Below are positions 1 through 14,273 of a stretch of DNA of 64,000 bases, piece by piece. The first letter of the stretch is position 1, and every line of letters begins with the position of its first letter. The notes below the pieces were generated by a model that was not told the origin of the DNA, searched no databases, and saw only the letters and a program-made list of their open reading frames with translations. The stretch spans positions 3,968,001 through 4,032,000 of the forward strand of contig JBLDXI010000001.1 of assembly GCA_047495785.1 (NCBI GenBank), given 5' to 3'. This DNA is from Lepidodermella squamata. Its lineage: Eukaryota; Animalia; Gastrotricha. A program made the position numbers and the translations under genes.

Positions 1-100
1 GCCAAAAACAACCGCTATTTTATATTTTTGTTTTATTTTTTTTCAGCAGCGTGGTTTCATAATTTGAATAGTAATGATGTAATAAAAGGGAAATGACGTT

Positions 101-2030
101 TTATCGCTTGATGCTTCCCGCATCGCTGTTTGTCTGGCTGAGCTGGGAATGATGGCGACGTTTGATGTAAACAACAGCTGGCGATTTGCCACTGTTACTT
201 CCATCCGTATTGCCGGAGCTTTCTTTCGAAGACGCACTTTTCATGCCTTCTTTTGACGGGAAAGCAGGATCTGAAATCTCGGGTAACGGCTGGAGGGTAG
301 CTTCCGTTAGCCGACCTGTAGTTAGATTCATCGAATTGCCGAGGTCAGCTGTAAAGCCGTCCAACACAACCTGGCCGCATAAGAAGTTGGCACATTCTGC
401 TTCTTGGCTGATAAACTCATAGGTGTGCTGCAGATGAGTCCGAGTAGCTCGCTTTTCTTCTAGGTTAGCCTCTATACGGTCAGCAAGAGCTTGCATGTGG
501 TCGATTTGACGCACAAGGAACGGCATGACCATGCAAGATTCTTCCAAATCTTCGATTGAAATGTTTCTGCAAAATTTACATAAAAGAGATGCTTTATTAT
601 TACTACCTATTATTGCGAATTACAAGTTGGGGTGGGTGTATGCATCAGAAAAGCAATGAATTCAAAAGGTAAAAAATATGCGCTTTGATCTTGAAAGAGT
701 CTTAGGTAACAGGGTTAATAGTGATCGTTGGATTTTCAAGCGGATTTTTCATGCAACCTTGTATTTTGTTTGGCCAAAGTGACCCGCGATCCTGCTTTTA
801 ATGAAACCCCTTTTTATCTCATAAGGCGTTAGGTTCTATGTTCTGTGAAAGCAGTTGGCAGGTTCAAACTTACTGAAAGTAGTTCAGAAATTTCTGCTTC
901 TTCTTTGCAAACGCAATTTCCCGATGGCACACTTGCGAAATTGTTAGAGGATCTTGAGTAGCGATAGCTTCTGATGCTGCTGAGGGTAGCGCTTCATCCA
1001 ATGGCGATGGTGGCTTTGGAGTGTTTGAAAGTTGCAGAGGGGGCAGCACTACTGCGGGCCTATGGTGATTCCTTACTCTCGCCCCTTTCTCAACACTTAA
1101 GATCTCAGTTTCAATCGCTTTGATACGACGCTTAACATTCACGACTGATTCTGTCAAACCAGTGGCTATTGCGGTAGATTCCTCAATAGACTCATGAAGC
1201 TGGAACAGTGGCTGAAGGGCGTTGGCTGCATCGCTTAGATTCATGTCAACCGCCGCCAATTCATCAACTATCACCTCTAATCTCTGTTTGAGCAAAGTTT
1301 GGCAGGTCAACAACCGTTGTAAGCGAGCGGAGTCTTTTTCAACATTCGCCTTTCCACTGTCCAGCTGTTCGTCGATATGCTGCTGCAGCCAATCGCCGGC
1401 GATTTTACAGCATTTCAATATCCGATTTACAGTAACGACCATTTTCGGGAGGTATTGATGACAGTTCCTCTCGGTAAGAGGCTGATCGTGACGATGCCAC
1501 AATTCATGCTCGCTAGCCGCTAGTAGTTCAGATAAAGAATTGCAGAAAACTTGGTTTGAGGCGAAAAGATGAGTTATTAAAAGCAGTTCAGGTACTTCCA
1601 CCACCGCTGATTTCAAAGAGTGATAGACTCGATGTAGATCAATCACCTGCGGGGCGTCACTTTTTGTTGCATTTTGCTTCAGAGATAGCGAAGCTGATAG
1701 AGGTGCTTGTCTTTGCTTCATTTCCGGCAGCGATGTCATCGGTGCCAGCAATCTAGCCCGGAAACCTGAGCACAAACCTCGAAGGTATTCGTTCATTTTG
1801 GCAAGCCATCGATACAATCGATCAGCTTGTTTCACCTGTCGATGTTCATCAGTTTGCTGAGATAACTCGGCCAAAACCTGCTCGATTTTCTTCTCGAAAG
1901 CCTTCAGAGATTCAAGCAATTTCGCAGGGGAGTTGACCGAGATTGAAGATGCTGTTGAAATATCCGAATTCGCTCCAACAGAACGCTCAGGCATTAAATC
2001 TGGCTTCGATTCTTCATCAGCCTTGGGCAT
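101..2030 (-). CDS. Uncharacterised coiled-coil protein, about 540 aa, 2 exons (2030-874, 566-101)
   Basis: ORFs 870..2030 and 101..547 join in frame through intron 873-567 (TTCA|GTAAGT ... TTTTGCAG|AAAC, giving YFQ-NISIEDLEE). L/E/Q-rich helical composition; no recognisable family motif. Confidence 0.7.
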
Positions 2031-2268
2031 CTCTTAGGAGTCACTTTAAAGGCTGAAAAATTTCAAATTCTCGAAAAAGTACCTTGAATCACAAGATGCA
2101 TATTTGTGCGCTATGAATGCACTTGTCGACATCAATAGATTGCGTAAACACAATCCTTTGATCCGCAAATGAATGGTGAGCCCTAGCAACCTTTTGAAAG
2201 TGTTATCTCTTGCTTTGACATCAACGCTGCACCATTTCGGAAATGATTCTTTAGAATAGCCGCACCTA

Positions 2269-3317
2269 ATGTCCAGCACGACTACAACAAGTTCATATTA
2301 CTGGAACACAAGCGAGGGGCAAACTGTTATATATGTTATCATCAGTCTTGGCGCCACATTGGTTCTAGGTTTAATTCTCGGCTTTCTCGGCTGGTGGTGC
2401 TACAAGCGAGGCAAAGCCTCAAAACCTCCAGAGTAAGATCTAGTTATTTCAGATGCAGAAGTCGTTACAACATTTTACCTTCTATTAGGATGTTCGCAAA
2501 ACGGCCTGTTTGGGCTTTGCCTCAAAAAGTGCAACCTCAACCGATTCTACCAGCAGGCCCAGGTGGGCTGCCGATGGCTCCAGGTCAGCCGTTACCTCCG
2601 GGAGTAGCCCCTGGTGCTATGATGCAAGGCCCAATGATAGGTGGCGGGGGCATACACATCCATCACTACGACGGAGATGACAAGGAGCGGAGAGAGCCGA
2701 AAAAAGCGACTAAGCCCGAAAATAAACCACCAGCAGAATCGAACAGGCCGCAAGTTGGCTTCCCTCGTCAGCAGAGGCAGCGAGGTCCCATTGAAGTTGA
2801 TGTGAACAATCTGCCAAATGGCGTCGAACCTATCCAGCAGCAAGCTATGCCGCCACCATTATCGGCGGCACCTAGCAATTTATCTCGTCCAGATTACGTC
2901 CCGCCCATTACAAATGTTGACGCTCCGTTCGTGCGCCCGTTCTTGCCATTTTCAGTCGATCCGAACCTGAGTGCTCCGTATGACAACGTTCTAACGGACA
3001 ATTTGCTTCGTTTCGCAACCGGCAGTAAGAAACAGGTGCCGCGGAACACAAATCTCAAATCGGTGCTTATTCTCAACAAACAGCGGCGTAAGAATGTGAT
3101 GGATCACCTGGAAGGAGGGAAAGACAGTGACGACTGGGACGAGGAAGATGCAGAACTGGACGAACGGCTTGCGGGTACTTTTCAAGCAGTTGGCGGGGAT
3201 GAAATTGAAGTCGACGCTGGTACGGGTAGAGTTTATCTCGACGGAGATGATGAGTTGCATGTCTATGGCCCATCTCATGATGGCAGAGTGATGAAGAAAC
3301 GCAAGGAAATTCTCTGA
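2269..3317 (+). CDS. Single-pass membrane protein with Pro-rich then acidic cytoplasmic tail, 2 exons (2269-2432, 2489-3317)
   Basis: Exon 1 (missed by the ORF track) encodes MSSTTTTSSYYWNTSEGQTVIYVIISLGATLVLGLILGFLGWWCYKRGK: N-glycan sequon, TM helix, basic stop-transfer. A 56-nt GTAAG...TTAG intron joins it in frame to ORF 2394..3317. Head-to-head with the previous gene. Confidence 0.75.
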
Positions 3318-3880
3318 AATATTTTTCGAAAATCGAATAAAAGTATTTTGTCATTCGGTTTGATTCATCATTCAATCTTGAAGTACCTATAATTGGTTTA
3401 ATTTTCTTTTATTGCAGGATTAATCATGAAATAAATGAAGCATGGCACGCAAAATAACGGCCGTAGCAGCTGTTTGCGTGTGCTAGCGCTCCCGGGTGCC
3501 ACACCGGTCGAGGATTAGCATAAAATCCGTAAGCCGCATCATCCGGCACATACTGAGCTGATATTTGCTACTGCACAGCTATCGGCTGTTTATATGTATC
3601 GCGCGTGATACTATTATACTATTAGCCAATGACTACTGGGACTTGACTGAAAGTAGAATGCTTGCGCGTGCCGAGCCAAGAGCCGTGTGTGATATGTATT
3701 TTCGTAGACATGCGGCCTATACACGATACTTTGCTCTCAGCAAAGGCGTCGTGACGTTTCACATGTCGATTTAATAAAATTAATATTGAGACAAGCAGCA
3801 TTCGCACATTATCACAGTTTTGTTTTGTAGATGATTTTCTATACAGAGATAAGGAAAAATCCTCGGCTTAAAAGGAAAGC

Positions 3881-6110
3881 ATGATAAACCGTCGATTGTC
3901 CAACTACTATTCTAAGAATTTGCTCAATCTCGCGGCTTTCTCAGCATTGGCGGTATGTCTGGCGCTGTTCCTCCACACCGTCCTTGTTTTCAGTCCGCAA
4001 TCCCTCATGCTGATTATGACGGACTCCTCCGAAAATCACGTGTGTCATCTACCGCGACTTGACCCATGGGACCCGACTGTTATGCCGTATGTCTTCAAAA
4101 TGGCACCTCTAAACTGCCCACCAGCGAGCGATTTAGTCGAAATCACCCAAGACACGACAACTGGAGATTTACTGCTAGTCTCAAACCGTGGTAATTTGAC
4201 TTGTCAGTATCGGACGGCGAAACGGGGCCAAGATGACAACACTTTAATATATTCGAACTATTTTGTTATTAATGCGTTCCCGTTCAAATCTTGGCCATCA
4301 GGGGCTGAGTTCTTAGAAGTTACATGCTACCAGCCTAACACTCCAGCTTCTGTGTTATACTCAAATGTATTTACGAAAATTCTTCCTAGTCAAGCAATGC
4401 CTAGTCAAGCGAATGGAAATGCGTGGAATGTGCTTATTGTTGGCATTGATTCTGTGTCTCGCCTCAATTTTGCGAGATCACTGCCGAAATCTCTCGATAA
4501 ACTGAAAAAGCGGGGCGCGATATTTATGAATGGCTACAACAAAGTTGGGGAGAACACATTCCCGAATCTAGTCGCGATTCTCACAGGTCAGCGGGTTGAA
4601 TTAATGCCAGGAGAAAAATTTCCAGCTGAACTGCCACATGACGGCACGAATGGCGAAATTTTTGACGACTACCCGTTTATTTGGAAGAAATTCAAAGACG
4701 CAGGCTATGCTACTGAATATGCGGAAGACATGCCGAGGATTGGGACATTCCAATGGCAGAAAAATGGCTTTCGAGAACAGCCCACCGATCACTATGGCCG
4801 GACTCTATTAATGACCATGGAAAAGCTGCATCCTCTTGATGCGTATCTCAACCCTTTCCTACAGTTATTTGAGGCGAAGAATGTCCAACTCACCGCATCG
4901 CCAAGTTTATGTTTCCAAGGTAGAAAGAAGCATGAAATATTCTGGGACTATGCTGTCAAACAGTTTGTGAGAGCTTATAATCCGAAGAACCAGCCGAACA
5001 GAACGAGGCCGTTTTTCGGTTTAACCTGGCTCAGCGAGCCGAGTCACGATCACGTCAACATCGTCTCGATCTGTGACCAAGATCTAGCCTCATTGCTGGA
5101 CTGGCTAAATGAAGATAACATCAGGAAAAGAACTTTCGTTTTCGTAATGTCTGACCATGGAGCAAGATTTGATAAGTAAGACATTCCGGAAATCATTGCC
5201 GTAACATGAACATTTCTTTTTCAGCATACGAAATACTGTGGTAGGTCGGATTGAAGATCGGACGCCCTTCTTCTCAGCATTAGTTCCTGATGAGTTCCGT
5301 AAGAAATATCCTGAGCTTGTGGCCAATTTACAGAGAAATTCTGACCGTTTAACCACCCCGTTGGACTTTCATCAAACATTACAACACATTTTACATCTTT
5401 CCAAGAATCCTTACGATAGAACCGGTAAGCTGATGGATCCCCATCTTATACATTTTCCTTATCTATTTCACGTAGAGTTTCCTCGCATCTATTACGGCGA
5501 TAAGTATCGATGGGCAGCAAGTTTGCTGAGCGAAACCTTGCCACAAACCAGGTCATGCTGGCAGGCTAATATTCCTGAGCCTTATTGCGCATGTTACAAA
5601 GAGACGCCTGTTTCAGATCCAGGCAATGACAAGCACGTGTTGAGCGCGGCTCATTTCATTGTGCAGAGCATCAATTTTGATCTCAATTCGAAGTATCAGC
5701 CACCTGATGTCAACTTCACGGACACGGAATCGCGTTGCTCTCGTTTCAGTCTGGCGAGCGTCGAGTCTGCTAGTCACGTGGGCGCGACAAGAAGCGTTAT
5801 TAACGACATGCAACGATCGTTTATTGGCGGATGGCTCGAACCTAGCCGGCAAATCAGGCGAGTTCTGGCTCAGGCGGCTAAGAATAGCTCTGATTACGTC
5901 GTCGTAGTACGAGCTGAGCCGGGTGGGGCCTTGTTCGAGGCGCATGTTGCACCGAGCCTGGAACAACAGCAATCATCCGCCTTAATAAAAAAACGAAGCA
6001 ACTCTCCGTGGTCTATAATAGGCGAAATACAGCGCATAAATGCATACGGCAATCAATCTTGGTGCATAAGCGGCTCATCGGCGGCTAAAAAATTCTGCTA
6101 TTGCACCTGA
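3881..6110 (+). CDS. DUF229-family (alkaline phosphatase/sulfatase-like superfamily) type II membrane protein, 2 exons (3881-5175, 5225-6110)
   Basis: N-terminal TM; family motifs NVLIVGIDSVSR, GYNKVGENTFPNL, SDHGARF, GRIEDRTP, LTTPLDFHQTL, RSCWQANIPEPYCAC, RINAYGNQSWC, KKFCYC; 49-nt GT-AG intron keeps frame. Confidence 0.92.
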
Positions 6111-6554
6111 TGAGAAAAAATGCAGTTAGATTACATTTAGTTTTTAATTATCCAGCAGATCTTTCAAGTAACGTCACATGCAATAAAAAATGAATAACGA
6201 AGCCAATCTTGGATTTTTAACTAAGCTTTATTCAGATCGATTTTTCAGGCAAAATTTGTGTTTATATATTTTTTAAATTTTTTTGATACGCCGCTTGTTT
6301 TGAGCCCCCGATTAAATCACGAGGTAGGTGCATTGTAGCTATAGCGACGCGGCTCACAACTATAAATAAAGCGAACGAACGTGTTGGCATGTCTACGAAT
6401 AAACACAATACTTGTGCTGCTTTATATTGACTCGTATCAATTTCTGTTGTGAAAAAACGTATCGACTTTTTCTTTCATCGTTAAAAAAGCCCACTTGATG
6501 CTAGTCGTAAATCAGGGGACAAACAAGCGTTTTTAGGGTTTAATTCGCGTTTTA

Positions 6555-8318
6555 ATGACAGCCGTTCATCCTGCGCCCTTTCCTGAGGACGCGGATGATG
6601 CGGTTTTTGTTGAGAGTTCAACTATTGAAGAGTCAGCAGTCATCGTTCATCCAGAGCCGAGGAAGGAGAAAACTCCAACTCCTCCAGCCCTTGAGCAGCA
6701 TAAAGAAGCTTTTGTCATTGATGCAGCTACCTCACCGAATCGTCCTGATGAAACGCAGACACCTCATAACCACAACAATTCAGTTTCACCTTTGGTTGAA
6801 ACAGTTACTGCTCAGCCTCATTCCGATCTCCATTCGGGTGGAACTCGTACAATCAACGAGCCTTATGAAGACACTGAGGCATTCAGATCGCCCCTTCATT
6901 CCCCAAGAACTTCGATAGCGATAGTTACGCAACAGCCTACTCCATCTGCATCTCAACCAGCGTCAACGATCATGCCACCAGCCCGGCCTTACCCAGCTCC
7001 TCATTTACATTCGAACCACATCGGCCACAGTAAGCCACCTAGCGTGATTTCATCAGAGATGCCGCCATCAAGGTCGCCTAGCCAGATAGGGAAGACGTTC
7101 AAAGACCATAACAACCCATTTGTTGGGAAGAGTAACCACAATCAAGCCGCCAGTACTGTTGTAAGTAACTGCGGTGATACTCAGTACTTTGGCACCGTCT
7201 ATGGAGACACGGAAATCGTAGATAACGAAGGCACAATCGACGGCGGCGATTATTCGACGACGATCCTCCGCGAAAGACGGGAACCTATCATGACAGACAG
7301 TATGATGAACGTGGCACCGAATGTTAGAGCTAAGGATGATCATAATGGGGATCGCCCTGGAGACGGCCTAGAAGCGCTGCAGAATGTGGTCAAGATCTAC
7401 CTCCATCGGATTGGGATTTGGGAATGCGACTGTAAGGGTGGAAAGTGGGCTGTTTACGATGGATTGACAAATGAACAGTTATACTATGCTAAGGAGAATG
7501 CTGGATGCTGCGGGTTATGTCGGCTTTCAGTAATGTCCCTAGTAGACTCAAATAATCAAAACGTGAGCTTAGATTTGCCGTAGACTTTTCAGATCGTTTG
7601 AATAATTTGAATTTCAGGAAGTTATGCGAATCGTTAGGCCTTGTAGGTGCCTTTTCCCTTATCAGCGTTGCTTTCTGTGTTGCTACGGCTGTTCTTGCTC
7701 CCGAGAGTGGCAAGACTCGATACAGGTCGAAGCTCCGCCCGGTTTCACAATAAGTCACGTTGTCGAACGCGCTTTCTGCCAAAATTTGCCCTATTACGAG
7801 ATTCAAGACTCAAACAAACGACCTCTACTCATCGTCGGCAAACCCCAACGCACGTGTACAGCTTTTACCTCTTGCCACAAATGCTCAGTCCAGTGTCAAA
7901 ATACGCTATGCGACCTTGCATGTTGTAGTGATGTAACAGGGATGTTCGGGATTCATCACACAGCTGTGCGACAGGCTTCTCGGGAGGTTATCGCATCTCG
8001 CCATAGCTATAACCGCCCGCCGATCCAGCCAAGGTTGTCGATCGACTCAGATCGATGCATCGGCCAAATCAGCAAGAAATGGGCGTTTAGGTTACGATGT
8101 GTTAGCGGCAACGACTATGAAATCAACTGTGAGTGCTAGATGGTTTGAAAATTGATGATGATTCATTCCATACATTTTCACAGTTCCGGTGGATCTTAAC
8201 CCCAGGGTGAAGGCATCACTGCTTTGTACCGCAATTTTTATTGTAAGTTCAATATTTACTTGCTGCCTAAAAATAACCATTACCTAATTTATAGAACTCA
8301 GCGCTGTACTGGGATTAA
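6555..8318 (+). CDS. Phospholipid scramblase-family protein with long Pro/Ser-rich N-terminus, 4 exons (6555-7562, 7618-8128, 8184-8242, 8295-8318)
   Basis: QLYYAKE, EVMRIVRPCRC, Cys-rich palmitoylation stretch, IQVEAPPG, IGQISKKW and FPVDLNPRVKASLLCTAIFI match the scramblase (PLSCR) pattern; splice phases are consistent. Confidence 0.88.
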
Positions 8319-9101
8319 ACGGCCAACGCAAAATACTCCGAATTTAGCTCGAACTACCTCAGTGACTCGTCCCGGAGATAAATTGACCGAATATATAGTT
8401 CAAAAAAATAACCTACAATTTCGTTCCATGTTAAATGTTATTCTTTAGCCGCAGTGCTCAGAAAACTGTTGACAGGTGGTCGAATGCTTTAACTTTAATT
8501 ATTGTACAAAAAGTTTTAAAATTTTCATGTTTTTCGGCATTAAAGTGAAAATCTTGTCACCGCGGATGTGTTATTAATTATATTGTTTGTACTTTGAATG
8601 ACGAGTTAATAGTTCAAAAAGTCCATAATTTCGGTCATACGCAAGGGTTATTTACTGTGCAGTGAAATGGTAAACAAGCGGAATCGAACATCACTAAGGA
8701 TTAACAAAATTGATGCGTCTGCACTATGTCTAATGAGACTAATTGCCTAGCAAGCTGATTTGATTTCCTGATTTTTTATCGGGAACAAATCAGACTTTCT
8801 AGTAATTTGAAAGTCTGCTTTTCAAAGGCGTGGCCCTAGCGCTGTACAATGTGTCGTGCAATTATCATCAGAGACTGCATGGATCGCGCCCCACGCCCCA
8901 CGCAACGGAACTTGCTATAGCGATTATTCAAATTATCACCTGTCAAAAGCAATCATGTGACAAGAGGGTTTATTTATGATTGTATGCTTGATTTACAGTT
9001 AATAGTAATCTTCAATTGATAATGGGCAATATGGGCAAAACGTGGGCATTTTTCCCGAACTGTTCACTGTAAGTTTTAATTAAATGTTCAGTTTATAGGG
9101 G

Positions 9102-9108
9102 TATATAA
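9102..9108 (+). promoter_or_regulatory. TATA box upstream of the small secreted gene
   Basis: TATATAA about 55 nt upstream of ATG 9163. Confidence 0.45.
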
Positions 9109-9162
9109 TAGGCTAAAATGGTGAAGAAGTTGATCAGTTGACAATACTATTTCTCAGCGATA

Positions 9163-9643
9163 ATGGCAGCCAGGTTCTGCTTCCTTGTTACTTTTGCTGT
9201 TTCTATTGCAACATCAACGCTTGCGAACATAGCTGAGCCAAAATCGAAGCCAGCCGAACTCAATGGTCCTTCATCTTCCCGTATGCTAACATCAGGTATA
9301 AAACCTAACACTTTAAATGTTTATCATCTTGCTTATTCCAATATTGTTATTTTTAGGCCAAAGATCCGAATTTCAAATGATGGTGAGGGAGAGAAAAATG
9401 CGAATTCTGGGTCAATTATTGCGAGGAGCCCGTGAGCGGACTTTACAGCAACTTCGCCTGAAAAAGTGCTTGGATTTATTGAGATCGCGAAACCTTTGTG
9501 CGAACAAAGTCACTTTTTACGTTTGGGCGCAGCGGCTTGCGCGGAACATTATGGACGGCAAGCTAGACGGAACACTAGGGCTGCCTAAATCAAACGATAC
9601 CTTACGGATACGCTCAGTTAAACGGATATTTCCCTCTCAATAG
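9163..9643 (+). CDS. Small basic secreted protein, 139 aa, 2 exons (9163-9295, 9357-9643)
   Basis: Signal peptide MAARFCFLVTFAVSIATSTLA; a phase-1 61-nt intron joins ORFs 9163 and 9317; AATAAA near 9678; R/K/L-rich helix with two Cys. Confidence 0.7.
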
Positions 9644-9796
9644 TTTTCAAATTTTGATTTTACTTGACAATACGTTCAATAAAAGCTTTACTAAAACAAT
9701 GCAGCTCGCAATTAATTTTACGCAATTTTAACACGTCCAAAGAGGTGTCGGAGAATGAAAATTGGTCAAAATTTGACAGATGAGCTTGGTCAAAAT

Positions 9797-11215
9797 ATGC
9801 CTTTATTCGCTTGTATTATTCTGTTTAGTCTGTGTTTTCACCCTGTCAATTCGTTTGAGTATTCAGAGGAGGCTTTTATTCCGAGGTACAGCCGTCAAAA
9901 AGCGACAGGTCGTCGTTTTATTGATAGCGGAGACAATTACGACTACCCAGAAAATGATGCAAGCGGTGACCGCGATTTTGTTATTGATATATCCATCGAA
10001 AGTCGCGATAGCAGAGAACGAGATCAACCCGAGGAGACGTACGACGATGACTTAGAAGAGACAATTCGGCAACTGCTGAAAATTCGGCACCAGGGCGGAC
10101 ACCATCGGAAGACAAAACGTGGTATGAGAGGCGTTGTTAGCCAACTATTACGGGACCATGAGTTCATAAGACCTGCTTCCGTGCTCATGTACAACAACCC
10201 TCCGCCCTCTACGACATACGTATCAAGCTCAATGGAAATTCCTTACCAAGAATCGAGACTACGACCGTCTCTTCCTCGGCCTTTACAAGGTCAGGATCCG
10301 CCAGAGCAACTTTCGTCTATAAATAACGGTCTTATGCTGGTACCAAAGACATTGTTACCTGATCAGCCGGTTCATAAATTGTCGGTTATGGGGCGGCCCG
10401 TGAATCCTCTGTTAATTAACCATGTCACGCTGAGATGTCAACATTTGAACTGGAACGTCGCGCCCGGAATATACGCATGTTGCGGACAATCTGTTTATCG
10501 GATAGAATCTGAGCAGTGTTCACCTGGAGACAGGGTTGAGAAACGAAGATATGAAAATAATAAATCGAGTACTGAAACATCAACTCTGGGACCTGTGCAG
10601 ATTCTCACGTGCAAATCTAGACGCTTCAGCATCCCGCAGTATGATGCAGAATTTTATGGTTCGTTTTTGTAGATTTGTTCATAATATTGTATTAAACATA
10701 CTTTCCAGCGTGTTGCAATGATCGGGTATATTTTTGGCCGAAAGAAGAGTGTAAAAATGGCGTGGTAACTGGCGAACATCCGTCAACTCATTTCAAGACC
10801 ACACCTGGTCCAGTGAAGACAGCATCCGTTCTTCTAATGTGTGAAGGTATCCCTCATTGGATTGATGCTCGCCTGAAGCGCTTTTACGGTATGAAGTCGT
10901 CAAAATTTTCTCATCCAATAATTTCTGATGCCATCAGGCTGCTGCGACGCTCGGCCAATCGACACAAGACGGGAGCTATGTAAACAGAGCGATGTATCCA
11001 ATCAAAACGTGGATCCGCCGAACTCAGGAACCAGCCATAAAGACAGGTGCCCGGATGGTTATTTGTGCTGTCACCCCTTTTCGCCGGTTTTAATCAACTC
11101 AGCTCGGACCTTGCGATGCTGTGGAGATATGGGCCCTTACGATGTTGAGAAAGCTGCGTGTCTTCATTCTCAGATTGTCAGGAAGCGTGCGACAGGTCAT
11201 GTTTACCACAAGTGA
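9797..11215 (+). CDS. Secreted galaxin-like di-cysteine repeat protein 1, 3 exons (9797-10658, 10709-10888, 10938-11215)
   Basis: Signal peptide; acidic region; RKTKR processing-type site; three C-x13-17-CC-x11-C modules plus terminal CPDGYLCC...CC..GPYD...C module. Confidence 0.85.
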
Positions 11216-11828
11216 TCAAAGAAAAATAGCACTGCAAATCCTGCTCAAAATGACTATAAACTGACTCCCAGCTGTGATGTTTTCCCACCAAAAGATGCAG
11301 CTATCCCTCCTTCTTTCCGCCCTATAAGCATGAGATGAATGATGATTTCAGCTTTCATTTTTTTCTCGCTGGTCTTGAAGTAAGTCAGCACGCGTTTTTC
11401 CACTTGTAGTTATAGTTATGTATTTATGACACGTGGCGTGGAAGAATTTCGCTAATAGCCGGAATAACCGCAGGCCAAGTCTATTGTTACATGACTTTTC
11501 TCTCATTAGGCCTAAATACAGTCCTTTTACATTTAGCTTGTGAATGAGTTGCGAGTGATAATGTAACACCATGCAGTCTGCTGCGCATGGTGTCTTTACT
11601 TGAAAACGAAGCGAAGATTACAATTTGTCACCAGGGGCTCTCGCTAAAAAAGTTGATGTTGAAAGTTGATAATTTTTTAATAAACGTGCGATGGAATAAA
11701 GTGCCGGTTTTCTCGTTTTGCGCTAATTGCCCACGGCAGCTTTACAAGAGCAATTTTATTGCCTCTCAAATCAAGCAGTTCGGCTTATACATACAATGCG
11801 AATTACATGCCAAGAATGTGCTACGGCA

Positions 11829-13585
11829 ATGATGTTTACAGTTGCCTTTCTAATCCTCGCACTTAACCTCTCAGGAACAGGTATGGCGGATGTTTTCTTA
11901 TTGCTTTCCGATCCATCATCACTTTCAACAGAGGCTGTAAGACGAGGCTCGAAGAAACTTCATGAAAGGCGCAACCCAGAAATCCGAATCCGTCGAAGGC
12001 GGCCGACCACACCACGCCTGGACTTCACACCTCAAGAGCTAACAATGGAGGATGACGATCCTCTACCTTCGAAGTCGAGTTATCCTGAATCAAGAGGGAG
12101 CTCTGGAAGAGGTCGCAAAATTAGATTGCGCTTCCACGTTGGACAGAGGCCTTCGCAAAGACGAGTTAAATCCGCATCTTACTCATATCAAGATGCTCAT
12201 CCTCCTCATCTAATACACCATAATCATCCGGGTTCAGAAATGCAGCATTCGCAATCGTCGGTCGTACCGACATTGCCCTTTTACTTCCACAATCCTTTCA
12301 CGCCTCCTAGATCGGATCAGAGCTACGTGCCGAACATATTGAAAGTACCCGGGCCTTTCGCGAACCTCAGTTTAAACATTCCAAACTTTGAAAATCAACC
12401 TAATATTGAAATACCTGCCCTACCTAACATGGAAACAGGTCCCGCAATACCTTTTACAGGTAAAATTGCTTCGGAAACCTTTGAAATGGTCCATCCATCG
12501 GCTCCTAAGGTTCAAACCCTTGGATCTCAGCATGGATATAGCCCTTTTAATAGAGTTTTACAAGTTGAGCCCAGGGAACCCTACCAGCCAATTAGGTCTG
12601 AGGCTGGACCTTCACCAGCTTTGAACAACAAAAGCCCGAGGGTAGTTATGCAACAAAGGTTCATGAGCAGACTTCCCGCTCCAAGATTAGCGCTTAGCGC
12701 AAAGCATGCAAGCGATCTCCTTAATAAAGAAATTCTGAACTGCAACGGCAAGAAATGGGAACTCCCAAAGAACACGTTCGCCTGTTGTGGGCAAGCGGTA
12801 TATCGCTTGGACGCTGAACATTGCTCGCCTGAGGAGAACAACCTGGTTGTCAGGGCAACGCCGGCAGCGTCCATGACAACGCAAATGCCAACAGTGGAGT
12901 TTCAATGTGAAGGTGTCAGATTTGTGATACCAAGGTTCGATGCGGCTAGTTACGCTTGTTGTGGCCGCGAGTTGTACTTCTGGCCGACTCAGAAATGCAC
13001 CAACTCTAGAGTATGGCCGCCGAGACCGACTTCTTTTGTCCAACTTCACCATGCTAAGCGAGCTTCAACTATCGTCAGTTGCGGTGGTAAGGATTGTCAA
13101 TAATTTTCATCACATGAAAACTTCAGCACTTTGTTTCATTTCTTTATAGATTTGAAATTTAAAATTTGATAATTTAATTTCAATAAAAATTTAAAATTTA
13201 AGATAATTTAATTAATGAAAAAAGAATAATTTAATAGTTCATATTTAATAGCTTATATTTTCTTTGGAATGATTTTCCAGGTAAGGAACACTGGGTCGAG
13301 CCCTCTTTGCGCCAATATTCAGGCTGCTGCGGCGAGGATTTGATTGACAATCGAAATGATACCTGCTCTAAATTGGCTCATCGAAAGCGTAAAGCGATGC
13401 AAATAAGACCAAGCTCCAATCAGCCTCAAATGACCACGAAATGTCCCGATCGTTATCTGTGCTGCGAAGACTATTCACCCGTCCTAAATGAGGATAACTC
13501 TATGCAATGCTGTCCCAAAAATGGACCGAGACCTATAAACACATTTTGTCCAGATTATTTGCCAACTTTTCGAAGAAAAATCTGA
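11829..13585 (+). CDS. Secreted galaxin-like protein 2, 2 exons (11829-13086, 13281-13585); alternative start 11796
   Basis: Signal peptide MMFTVAFLILALNLSGTGMA; R/H/P-rich N-terminus; modules CNGKKW..FACCGQAVY, CEGVRF..YACCG..YFWP, CGGKEHW..GCCG, CPDRYLCC..CCPKNGP. Confidence 0.85.
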
Positions 13586-14273
13586 TGAAAAATCGTTCAA
13601 GCCTTCAAATAGACGCAATCACTTGTTTACTATTACTTTATATCTGTAGTAAATCAAATCGTGTGAAAAATAAAATTGATCAATTTGATATAAAATCGAA
13701 GTAGCTAGTCATTTTTAATCGCAATCTTTGAAATTTTCCCATAATTTCACAAATTAAACTGAGTCAGGAATTAAGCGCTTCCGCAATCATTTAGTCACCT
13801 TGAAGGGTCTCTTTCTGACGCGGAATCGTAAATATCATCAAAAAGCAACGCTGTCTGCTAAAATTGTTCAGAGGCTTATAAGCTGCTGATAAACAAAGCG
13901 GTGGTCTAATGGCAGTGGCTGGGTGTTCATGCGTCAGCTTTGTTTTTATATAGCTCAGCTTTTCACGAGTTGTGTGTAAAACACTGACGGCGCGCGCTTT
14001 CCACTACTACACTACAAATAGGTAACAATTAATAACAGAGCGCGTAAAATAATTATTTCCGCATATATACATTTATAGCCGCTTTCTGGTATAATGCGAA
14101 AATAATACGTACCTTATTCATTATTATCAGGAATGGGATAAAAATCTCCATTACTATAAACCGCTCTCAGTATACAGGTATGACGGGTATCATGCTGCTA
14201 CTAAAGGATATCTTTCATTAGACCTATTTGTGCTAATTAGGACAAAAATAGCGGTACTCAACTACAAAAAAAA

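Noticed and set aside
6537-6545. GGTTTAATT resembling the start of nematode SL1
   Set aside because: Only a 9-nt AT-rich match with no remaining leader, donor or Sm site.
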